DNA from: an uncultured Eubacteriales bacterium | Lineage (GTDB): Bacteria; Bacillota; Clostridia; Christensenellales; CAG-138 | Direction of reading: 5' to 3' | Assembly: GCA_902768795.1 (NCBI GenBank) | Contig: CACXMS010000004.1 | Location: 109,479 to 173,478 of the forward strand | DNA length: 64,000 nt | Shown here: positions 11,401 to 19,632 of the stretch, piece by piece | Layout of the letters: each line of letters begins with the position of its first letter | Numbering within the stretch: position 1 is the first letter of the stretch | Position numbers and translations under genes: made by a program | The notes under the pieces: model-generated | The model's input: the letters and a program-made list of their open reading frames with translations, nothing else | What the model was told of the DNA's origin: nothing | Database searches by the model: none

Positions 11401-12051
11401 TTACCGCCGCAGGGACGCGGCGCTGACCGGGAATGTAAAATATGTATCCGGATACGGCTCATCCCGCAAAACGAAGTGCCACCATTCGCAGTCAAGCGGC
11501 ATAAAGCCGTTTCGAAGCATGGCGCGCTGCAGCAGCATGCGATTTTCAAACTGTTCTTCAGAAATCCCCCGGTAATCGGGATGCGATACCTCGCTGAACA
11601 GGTCGAACGGACTGCCCATATCCAACTCGCGGCCGGTCCGCATATCCAGGAGCGTCACGTCGATCGCACTGCCGCGGCTGTGGCTCGACTGTTTTGCAAT
11701 ATAGCCCCTTTGAAAAAGCTCCTGCTTTTCGAGATCGGGATAGAAATACGGTTTCATGCGAACGTCCGTATCCTCGATGCCCCACAGGATGAACTGCCGG
11801 ACCGCTGCAACGGGCCGGTATGCGTCGAACACCTTCAACCGATACCCCTGCACGGCCAGCTCGGTCGCCGCGGCTTTCAGCGCGCGCGCCGCTTCGATGG
11901 AAAGCAGCGCAACCGGCTCCTCATACCCGTCGATCCGCTCGCCGATAAAGTTGAACGTGGAATAATACCGGATTTCCTGCACGATATGCGGCACAAAGTC
12001 GGACAGCAGAACGAAGCCCGACGCATCCGTCGGCAGCGCGGTTTTGCTCAT
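11401..12051 (-). CDS. D-alanyl-D-alanine dipeptidase (VanX/DdpX family, M15D)
   Basis: SSHSRGSAIDVTL (SxHxxGxAxD zinc motif) and CEWWHF catalytic motif, about 200 aa. Confidence 0.85.
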   Translation of the reverse strand: MSKTALPTDASGFVLLSDFVPHIVQEIRYYSTFNFIGERIDGYEEPVALLSIEAARALKAAATELAVQGYRLKVFDAYRPVAAVRQFILWGIEDTDVRMKPYFYPDLEKQELFQRGYIAKQSSHSRGSAIDVTLLDMRTGRELDMGSPFDLFSEVSHPDYRGISEEQFENRMLLQRAMLRNGFMPLDCEWWHFVLRDEPYPDTYFTFPVSAASLRR

Positions 12052-12076
12052 AGTATGCTCCTCCTGCTAAACCCCG

Positions 12077-13018
12077 TTACCGCTTGTCACGGTCGATCCA
12101 CTCGAGGGCGATCACGGAGACCAGCGCCGCCGCAAAGGCGATCAGCAGCAGCACGCCCCAGTGCTGCAAAACGAGCTGCGGATCGGAAGCGTACGCGAGC
12201 TTCTGATTCTGCTGGCCGGACCAGCGCAGCACGTCGTTGAGCTGATTGTTCTGAAAGACGGTGTTGACGTAGATCTGCACCGGCTTCATTCCGTCAATCT
12301 CCGCATTCCGCAGCTGATACAGCGTGTTCCAGAACGTGACCATCGGCTGCTCGTTGAACCGGCCGATGGAGCAAATGCTCTCCATGCCCCATTTGGAAAC
12401 CGTCAGGTATGTAATCTTCTGGGCAAAGCCGGAAAGCTCGAAGAACGCGCCGGAGAACACAAGCTGGAAAATCAGCATGAACGGCATCGTTTTCATCGCC
12501 GTGGTCGCGGTGCGAACCAAAGAGGAGATCATCAGCGCCATCATGTCCGCCGCAAACGTGATCAGAAGCAGCGTGATGCCCATATCGAGCACGCTCCACC
12601 GCGTGATCAGGCCGACCTCGGGGAACTGCACCTTCGCAAGGAAGCAGATGACCAGCGTCACGACGGTCTGCGCCAGACAGAGGATGAGCTGATAGATCAT
12701 GTGCGCCGCGATGTACGAGGTTATATGCAGGCCCGAACGGTGCTCGCGCTTGATGATGTCGCGCTCGCGGCAAACGACCTGGATCGAGTTGAAGAAGCCG
12801 TTCCAGATGCAGCCGCAGGTCAAAGCGAACGCGCCGTTGATCGTTCCTTCCTGCGTGACAAACAGATTCGTGCCGACGACGAACGTGACGACGGCGGCGA
12901 TCACGGCGCCGGCGGGCAGCGCCTTCCAGTCGTTCTGGAAGACGAACATCCGCAAAAACTTGCCGAGATAGATGCGCGTCTGCGCGAGCCGGCCCCTATA
13001 TTTCAGCGTTTTTTCCAT
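12077..13018 (-). CDS. ABC-2 type transporter permease
   Basis: Six predicted TM segments. The start overlaps the stop of the upstream ABC ATPase by 1 nt. Confidence 0.7.
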   Translation of the reverse strand: MEKTLKYRGRLAQTRIYLGKFLRMFVFQNDWKALPAGAVIAAVVTFVVGTNLFVTQEGTINGAFALTCGCIWNGFFNSIQVVCRERDIIKREHRSGLHITSYIAAHMIYQLILCLAQTVVTLVICFLAKVQFPEVGLITRWSVLDMGITLLLITFAADMMALMISSLVRTATTAMKTMPFMLIFQLVFSGAFFELSGFAQKITYLTVSKWGMESICSIGRFNEQPMVTFWNTLYQLRNAEIDGMKPVQIYVNTVFQNNQLNDVLRWSGQQNQKLAYASDPQLVLQHWGVLLLIAFAAALVSVIALEWIDRDKR

Positions 13019-14382
13019 TACGCAGCGCCCCCTTCCCGCACGGCGGTCAACGCGGCATATTTTTCCACGAAATGATCCGCCAGTCCTTCTCCGCCTTCCT
13101 CGGCGCGGTTGACCGATACGACGATGTCCTCCATCGTATCCCGTTCAAAGAATGCGCGCGCTTCCTGCGGCGTTCCGTAGAACGCAAGCCGACCGATCCG
13201 GTCGGAGTCCTTTGCGAGGATAATCACGCGGTCGAACAGATCGACGACGCGATCGGGCGTATGCGTAATGACGATGACGATCTTGCCGGTATCGGCAATC
13301 GCACGCAGCTTCGTGAAAATCTCGCGCGCGATCGCGCCGTCCAGACCGGAGTCCGGCTCGTCCAGAACGAACAGCTCGGGATCCGCAACCAGCTCCTGCG
13401 CGATGGCGATGCGGCGCAGCTGCCCGCCGGACTTCTTGCACACCAGTCCTCTGTCGCCCGCCAAAAGGCCGAGCTGACCGAGCACTTCCCGAACCCGTTC
13501 ATTGCGCTCCTTCCGCTTGATTCCGGTCGGCAGGCGCATCTCGGCGGAATCGCGCACCGTATCCTGCACCGTATCGTTGCCGCGCATCAGGTTCTGCTGC
13601 GGCACGAAGCCGATCCGGTATTTGAGATTCTGATAGTCCGCGTAAACGTCGGCGCCGTTCAGAAGGATCGTCGTGTCGGCTTTTTCGTAGCCGATCACGG
13701 CGTTGATGAACGTCGTTTTGCCGGCGCCCGAGCCGCCGAGCAGCATCACCAGCGAGCCGTTCGGAATTTCCACATTGATATCCTTCAGCAGATAGCGCTT
13801 CTTGCCGTAATCACGGACCGTGCGCGCGCGAAGGTTCACGCTGAGCCCGGACGCGGCAAGATGTGCCGGCGCCCGACCCGTCTCCAGACCGCTTGAAGGT
13901 TCTTCGCCGCTCTGCTCCTCGCCGAGTATGCTCAAAGCGGGCTGCAATTTTTTCGAGAAACCGAAGATCAGCATCGCGAGCCATTCCGCCGCGAGCCACA
14001 GCAGGATCCAGCGCGCTTTTTTGCCGAACACCTCGATCATCCGGAGGAACAGCCGGATGCGGTAAATGTACAGCGTGATCACGACGATTAGAAGCAGCAG
14101 CGCCCGAACCAGCGTCAGCCGCTCATTGTCCGGCTCCGGAATCAGACTCAGCACAAAATACAGCACTTCGAGAAGCCCGGCAAAGATCCCCTCAACCGGA
14201 CGGCCGAGCGCTTTTCCGAACGAAAAATACCGGAAGCCGGGAATCCACGCCGTTCCCGCGCGTTTCACGTTCAGCTTGCGAAGCACCTTATACAGGCCGA
14301 CCGAAAACGCGATCCACGCAAACAGCATCAGCAGGATCCGTATCAGAAGAGCGATCAGCCCGCTCCATAATTCCTCATTCAT
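13018..14382 (-). CDS. ABC transporter ATP-binding protein with N-terminal ~150 aa membrane domain
   Basis: Walker A GGSGAGKTTF, signature SGGQLRR, Walker B LFVLDEPDSGLD, preceded by about 4 TM helices. Confidence 0.85.
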   Translation of the reverse strand: MNEELWSGLIALLIRILLMLFAWIAFSVGLYKVLRKLNVKRAGTAWIPGFRYFSFGKALGRPVEGIFAGLLEVLYFVLSLIPEPDNERLTLVRALLLLIVVITLYIYRIRLFLRMIEVFGKKARWILLWLAAEWLAMLIFGFSKKLQPALSILGEEQSGEEPSSGLETGRAPAHLAASGLSVNLRARTVRDYGKKRYLLKDINVEIPNGSLVMLLGGSGAGKTTFINAVIGYEKADTTILLNGADVYADYQNLKYRIGFVPQQNLMRGNDTVQDTVRDSAEMRLPTGIKRKERNERVREVLGQLGLLAGDRGLVCKKSGGQLRRIAIAQELVADPELFVLDEPDSGLDGAIAREIFTKLRAIADTGKIVIVITHTPDRVVDLFDRVIILAKDSDRIGRLAFYGTPQEARAFFERDTMEDIVVSVNRAEEGGEGLADHFVEKYAALTAVREGGAA

Positions 14383-14466
14383 TGGTTTCTCTTCCCCTTT
14401 CCCTTCCTCCGATCAACGCGAAAGCCCCGAAAAGGCGGGGCTTTGCAAACAATGTCCGAATTCTGT

Positions 14467-15435
14467 TCAGATCTCGCTGTGCAGCTTTCTGAATTTCTCC
14501 GACTTGGAATCCAGCGCCGCAAAGCTCTCCTCCGAAGGAATGTCGTTCATGCCGGACTCCAGATAATTCCGCAGCACGCCGGTCAGAACGAACGGACGGA
14601 TGAACACGGAATGCAGGATCGCCCAGACGATCAGACCGCCGATCGCCGCAAAAACGATCGGAAGCGTCGCGGGGTTCTGCAGCAGTGACGCAACGAATCC
14701 CTCTTTTCCCGCCATCGACTGCGCGACCGAGGCATACATCCCGGACAGCGCTTTTCCCTGCGTGGACAGGATCCAGTAGAACAGACCGGTGAACGGGCCG
14801 CCGATCAGCACCAGCGACACCAGGCCGATGCCGAACACGCGCCCCATGTTTTTGGCGAACGTCTTGCCGTGCTTGAAGAACAGCACCGCGCCTTCGCAGG
14901 TCGCTTTCGCGGCGTTGACGCTCTTGCGGTAGAACACCCAGCCGAGGCAGCAGTCGCTCAGGTAGCTGATCACCGTCTGAATCACCGAGTTGACCGTGCT
15001 GCCGATCGCGCCGCCGGTATCGCCGCCGATCCGCTGACCGACCGCCGTAATCGCTCTGCCGATCTGGTTGAAAATTCCTTTGATCGCGTTCGTCACGGCA
15101 AAATAGATCGAAACGGTGGCAAAGCGCTCCTTGACCGCCTTCTTGCCTTCCGCGATCACGTTGTCCGGCAGCTCGCCCTCCGTCACGCCGCGCGTCATCA
15201 TCGCGATCTGTCCCGCCTTCAACAGATAGGAAATGTATCGGGAAATCAGCGCCGCCGCCACGATGCCGAGAATCAGGCCGATCAGAAGACCGATCAGGCC
15301 GTTCTGCATCAGCTTGTCGCTCAAAATAAAACCGACGGTGCCGAGCCCGAGCAGCAGCACGATCGTGAGTACGTCCCACACCATGCGGCGCAGGGAGAAT
15401 CCGAGCGTTTTTCTGTAAATTTCTTTGTTATCCAA
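14467..15435 (-). CDS. multi-pass membrane protein (function unknown)
   Basis: 322 aa with several hydrophobic helices, codon usage typical of the host, only 33 nt downstream of the STAS gene. Confidence 0.55.
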   Translation of the reverse strand: MDNKEIYRKTLGFSLRRMVWDVLTIVLLLGLGTVGFILSDKLMQNGLIGLLIGLILGIVAAALISRYISYLLKAGQIAMMTRGVTEGELPDNVIAEGKKAVKERFATVSIYFAVTNAIKGIFNQIGRAITAVGQRIGGDTGGAIGSTVNSVIQTVISYLSDCCLGWVFYRKSVNAAKATCEGAVLFFKHGKTFAKNMGRVFGIGLVSLVLIGGPFTGLFYWILSTQGKALSGMYASVAQSMAGKEGFVASLLQNPATLPIVFAAIGGLIVWAILHSVFIRPFVLTGVLRNYLESGMNDIPSEESFAALDSKSEKFRKLHSEI

Positions 15436-15468
15436 AGCTTTTATGCGTTTTTCCGACGCCCGCCGGCG

Positions 15469-15765
15469 TCACTCGATCGTAAGGAAATCCGAAAACCCGG
15501 TGACGTCGAAGACTTCCCGGATAATCTCGTTGACGTTTCTGATCTTCATGCTGCCCTGCTGCGACATGGTTTTCTGCGCCACAAGCAGGACACGAAGGCC
15601 TGCGGAGGAGATGTAATCCAGCTTCTCAAAGTCCAGGATCAGCTCCTCGACGCCTTCAAGCGCGTCCTTCAGCGCCGCCTCCAGCTCCGGCGCGGTCACC
15701 GTGTCCAGCCGCCCCTCGAGCGCCACCACGAGTTCGTTTCCGTTTCTTGTCTGTTGAATGTTCAT
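15469..15765 (-). CDS. STAS-domain anti-sigma-factor antagonist (SpoIIAA/RsbV-like), copy 1
   Basis: 98 aa. LEGRLDTVTAPELEAAL and the conserved phospho-serine context LDYISSAGLRVLL. Confidence 0.85.
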   Translation of the reverse strand: MNIQQTRNGNELVVALEGRLDTVTAPELEAALKDALEGVEELILDFEKLDYISSAGLRVLLVAQKTMSQQGSMKIRNVNEIIREVFDVTGFSDFLTIE

Positions 15766-15779
15766 GCTCCGATCCCCTT

Positions 15780-16298
15780 TCAGAATGATTTCCGCACTTC
15801 GATCTCAACGAGTCCGCCCTTCACGCCGATCCGGATCTCGTCGGCAAGCTTCCGCAGAATGGAACGCTCATACCGGTCCCACTCCTCGTCCTGCGGCGCT
15901 TCGTCTCTTGCGCGGCTGTTAAAGTCGTAGTAGACGCCGTCGCTCTCCGCCAGAAGCGCGTTTTCAAACTTATCGCGCAGATACCCGATAAATCCCTTTG
16001 CCGCCTCGTTTTTTCCGGAGGTGGAGGAATACATCAGAAGATACCGCTTGCTCGCGTCCATCTTTGTTCTGGTGGTCAGATGCAGGGAGAACGCGGTCCC
16101 CTCGCTCTCGAGCCAGAAGTCGGCCGTCGTTTCGCCGGTAATGCCGCGCGCCAGTCCCATGATCTCCTCCGTCATGATCTGAAGCTGCAGCGAGTTCTTT
16201 TCGTTCAGTCCGCGATACCGCGCCGCCTGTTCCGCCTGACGCAGCGCCGCTTCGATCCCTTTCCCCGTTTCGTCGATGACGATAATATCCGATTTCAT
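15780..16298 (-). CDS. hypothetical protein, paralog of 16668-17282
   Basis: 172 aa. Shares MK(S/T)D(I/V)(I/V)VI..G.GIE.A....E.AA..RGL, FW(L/V)ES.G.AFSLHL and STSGKN.AAKGF.G.LRD blocks with the neighbouring 204-aa ORF. Confidence 0.6.
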   Translation of the reverse strand: MKSDIIVIDETGKGIEAALRQAEQAARYRGLNEKNSLQLQIMTEEIMGLARGITGETTADFWLESEGTAFSLHLTTRTKMDASKRYLLMYSSTSGKNEAAKGFIGYLRDKFENALLAESDGVYYDFNSRARDEAPQDEEWDRYERSILRKLADEIRIGVKGGLVEIEVRKSF

Positions 16299-16357
16299 GT
16301 GGATGCTCCTTTCCGAACCGTCGGTAATGTTTGTGCCTGCTGCGGCAAAAAGCCGCC

Positions 16358-16654
16358 TTATTCGATCCGCAGAATGTCCGCGAAGCCGGTCACGTCGAAA
16401 ATCTCCCGCACGATCTCATTGGCGTGCGTGACCTTCATGCTGCCCTGCCGGTTCATCGTCTTCTGCGCCGAAAGCAGAACCCGAAGGCCTGCGGATGAGA
16501 TGTAATCGAGCTTCTCAAGATCGAAGACCAGCGTCTCGACGCCTTCGAACGCGTCCTTCAGCGCGGCCTCCAGCTCCGGCGCGGTCATCGTGTCCAGCCG
16601 GCCCTCAAGCGCGATTGCGAGTTCGGTTCCGTTCTTTTCCTGCAAAATGTTCAT
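16358..16654 (-). CDS. STAS-domain anti-sigma-factor antagonist, copy 2
   Basis: 98 aa, close paralog of 15469-15765 with the same LDYISSAGLRVLL motif. Confidence 0.85.
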   Translation of the reverse strand: MNILQEKNGTELAIALEGRLDTMTAPELEAALKDAFEGVETLVFDLEKLDYISSAGLRVLLSAQKTMNRQGSMKVTHANEIVREIFDVTGFADILRIE

Positions 16655-16667
16655 ACGTATTCTCCTT

Positions 16668-17282
16668 TCAGAATGCTTTTTCTATGACCATCTCCACGGC
16701 GTTCCCGCGGATAAAAATCTTCACGTCGTCCGCCACCTTCGCGGTGATCGACTTTTCGAGCTCGTCCCACTTTTCCGGCTCGCTGTCCCGGTTCTTTGCG
16801 ACGTCGTTCCGGTATTCCTTCAGCGACCATTCGTACAGCATCGCGTTCGGCAGCATATCCATCGAAGCGTCGAAATCCATGACGGCGACGTACGAATATC
16901 CGTATTCCGTCGTCGTTTCGGCCGTGAAGCTCGGTTCGGACATCTGTGCGAAAATATCCCGCAGCCGTCCCATAAAGCCCTTTGCGGCGGCGTTTTTTCC
17001 GGAGGTGGAAACGTCCAAAAGCGCGGTTCTCAGCTCCGGCGTGACCGTCGCTTCCGTCGAAAGGTGCAGCGAAAACGCATTGCCCTTCGACTCCACCCAA
17101 AAGCGGAACTGCGCTTTCCCGATCAGAGTCCGCAGCATGCCCGCCATTTCCTCGGCCAGCAGCCGCAGCCGCAGCGCCTGCTTCGGCTTAAGTCCGCGGA
17201 ACGCCGCGGCGCGCTCGGTTTCCAGCATCGCGTTTTCGATCCCGTCCCCGTTCGGGGTAATCACAACAACATCCGTTTTCAT
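16668..17282 (-). CDS. hypothetical protein, paralog of 15780-16298
   Basis: 204 aa, same conserved blocks as the 172-aa ORF plus an internal insertion. Confidence 0.6.
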   Translation of the reverse strand: MKTDVVVITPNGDGIENAMLETERAAAFRGLKPKQALRLRLLAEEMAGMLRTLIGKAQFRFWVESKGNAFSLHLSTEATVTPELRTALLDVSTSGKNAAAKGFMGRLRDIFAQMSEPSFTAETTTEYGYSYVAVMDFDASMDMLPNAMLYEWSLKEYRNDVAKNRDSEPEKWDELEKSITAKVADDVKIFIRGNAVEMVIEKAF

Positions 17283-17294
17283 CGATTTCCTCCG

Positions 17295-19334
17295 TTACAG
17301 ATTCTTTTGGAACGACAGAATGTTCCGTCCGTCCCGGTAAACATACTGTACGTTGTCCATGGTCTTTTTGACCAGGAACACGCCGAGCCCGCCGATCTTC
17401 CGCTCCTCCGCCGACGCGGTGATGTCCGGATCCTTTTTTCCCAGCGGGTCGTACGGCTTTCCGCTGTCGAGAAACGTGATGTGCGCCGCGCGCGGATCCT
17501 GTCCGAGCGTGATCAGAACGGTCGCTTTGCCTGTTTCCTGCTCGTAGGCGTAGTGCGCGATGTTCACGAAAATCTCCTCGACCGCAAGATCGATCTGCAT
17601 CTGCGTCTTCATCGGGCAGCCCGCTTCCTGCAGCACGCCGTCGATAAACTCCGTTACCGCGCCGAGGTTCTCCGGCGTCGCGTCCACGGTCAGCTCATGC
17701 ACGTCGTTTTTTTTGTCCGCGCCGATATAATGCAGACACAGCATCGTCAGATCGTCGAACTGCGGCGCTTCGCCGACAAACGCATCAACGCTCCCGTGTA
17801 CGCCCTCCAGAATTTCCTGCGGCGTTTTTTCGCGGTTCGCGTTCAGCGCGTCGAGCGTACGGTCCATGCCGAACATGCGGTTTTCACCGTCCGTCGCCTC
17901 CGGCACGCCGTCGGTATACAGGAACAGCTTGTCGCCCGGCTGAAGCTGCAGTTCAAAGTCGCGGAATTTTATGCCCTGCATTCCTCCCGCGACGAAGCCG
18001 TGCCGCGTTTTATAAAGCGCGAACGCGCCGTCCTTGGAGCAGACCGCGGCATCCTCGTGTCCGGCGTTCGCAAAGACGACTTTTCCGGTCGAAATCTCCA
18101 GGATGCCGAGCCAGAGCGTTACGAACATGTCCGCCTTGTTGTGCTCGCACAGGTTCCGGTTGACGTAGGTCAAAATCTCGCCCGGCGTGCCGCCCATGTG
18201 CGTGCGGTCGGAAAGCAGAATGTTCGTGACCATCATAAACAGCGCGGCCGGAACGCCCTTGCCCGAAACGTCGCCGATCACCATCGCCAGATGGTCGTCG
18301 TCGATCAGGAAGAAGTTGTAGAAGTCGCCGCCGACCTCCTTGGCGGGCGTCATCGAAGCGTAGATATCGAATTCGGTGCGATCCGGGAACGGCGGGAAAA
18401 TGTTCGGAATCGAATTTTCCTGGATCGTGCTGGCAAGCGACAGCTCCGCGCCGATGCGCTCCTTTTCCGCCGTTACCGAGGTCAGGTTTTCGATATAGGT
18501 CAGCATATCCGATTCCATCGTATCAATCGCGCCCGCAAGATCGTCGATCTCACGGAGGCGGCTGATCTTACCGAGCGGCTCGCCCTTGGTGTTTTCCCTG
18601 GCAAAGCGTATCGCTTCATCCGCCGTCTTCTGGATCGGCCGCAAAAACTGTCTGCGGATATAGAACGCGGCAAGCGCGCCGGTAACGGCGCACGAAACCA
18701 TCGCCCAGACGGCGACGCTCACCAGATACGGGCGGTATGCATCCCTCAGTTCACGCATCGGACGCTGGATGCAGAGAATGCCGACCGTATTGCCCGCGCT
18801 GTCCGAAACCGGCACCATCGTTGTGATATGCGGATTGTGTCCGTTCAGGCGCGTTGTGCGGTAGACGGTTTCATACGGCGCTGTCTTCTCATACATCGCC
18901 CGGTATTTCTTCCGGTATTCGTCGTTGGTTGTATCGCGCCGGAATCCGAGTTCCCATTCCGTGTAGGAGGTGTTGTCCACCGTGTTGTCGACGGAATTGA
19001 AGATCGAAACGAACCGCCCGTAGTCGCTCGTGTCCACGCAAATCACATAGAGCAGCGATACGTGCATCTTCCGGCAGTAAACGTCGAGGCGCTGCCTGGT
19101 CAACTCATACTCCTCCGCGGCTTCCCCGGCCGCGTAACCGTCGAGATGATCGCCGTTGATCAGCGCCGCCGCCGTGTTCGCCATGTAATACGTCGACGTC
19201 GCGTATTCCTTCTTGAACGAGTTTGTAAAGAGGATTGCGCCGATCGCCTGTACCATCACGGCGAACGCCGCCTGGGAAAGCAGAATCGCGCAAATAATCG
19301 TAAATGCAATGCCGGGACGGCGTTTTTGTTTCAT
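17295..19334 (-). CDS. membrane-anchored SpoIIE/PP2C phosphatase fused to an anti-sigma-type (RsbW/SpoIIAB-like) HATPase kinase domain
   Basis: Two TM segments flanking an extracytoplasmic region, a HAMP-like linker, PP2C motifs (GGDFYNF, GDVSGKGVPAALFM, LYTDGVPEA, DDLTMLCL), and a C-terminal HATPase_c_2-like region (LAVEEIFVNIAHYAY...GGLGVFLVKKTMD). Start set to MKQKRRPG (ATG 19334) with RBS AGGAAAGAGGA. Confidence 0.85.
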   Translation of the reverse strand: MKQKRRPGIAFTIICAILLSQAAFAVMVQAIGAILFTNSFKKEYATSTYYMANTAAALINGDHLDGYAAGEAAEEYELTRQRLDVYCRKMHVSLLYVICVDTSDYGRFVSIFNSVDNTVDNTSYTEWELGFRRDTTNDEYRKKYRAMYEKTAPYETVYRTTRLNGHNPHITTMVPVSDSAGNTVGILCIQRPMRELRDAYRPYLVSVAVWAMVSCAVTGALAAFYIRRQFLRPIQKTADEAIRFARENTKGEPLGKISRLREIDDLAGAIDTMESDMLTYIENLTSVTAEKERIGAELSLASTIQENSIPNIFPPFPDRTEFDIYASMTPAKEVGGDFYNFFLIDDDHLAMVIGDVSGKGVPAALFMMVTNILLSDRTHMGGTPGEILTYVNRNLCEHNKADMFVTLWLGILEISTGKVVFANAGHEDAAVCSKDGAFALYKTRHGFVAGGMQGIKFRDFELQLQPGDKLFLYTDGVPEATDGENRMFGMDRTLDALNANREKTPQEILEGVHGSVDAFVGEAPQFDDLTMLCLHYIGADKKNDVHELTVDATPENLGAVTEFIDGVLQEAGCPMKTQMQIDLAVEEIFVNIAHYAYEQETGKATVLITLGQDPRAAHITFLDSGKPYDPLGKKDPDITASAEERKIGGLGVFLVKKTMDNVQYVYRDGRNILSFQKNL

Positions 19335-19632
19335 CGGCAATCCTCTTTCCTTTCTTCGCAATACAGTGCAATACAGTCGGAAATCTTCTTCCCTATAATA
19401 ATATTATAATAGCATAAACGGATAGGCTTCGCAACAGAAAATGCAGTTTTTCTGCCGAAAAAACACGCTGACCGGCAATAACGGTCCGGACCGTTTTGCG
19501 GCATTTATTAAATGAATCCTTGCAGGAGGAAAATGCTCTTCAAAGGCGATTCTTCTTGCTTTTCCTCCGGCAAACGGATATAATTTCCGCAGAGGCGTTT
19601 TCCCATGCGGAAGCCAAAGAAGGAGGCGCGGC

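Noticed and set aside
16590-19409. 939-aa + strand ORF
   Set aside because: Antisense to the SpoIIE/PP2C-kinase gene. It is Arg/Ala/Gly/Pro-rich with no motifs, a typical high-GC shadow ORF, whereas the minus-strand product has clear PP2C and HATPase motifs.
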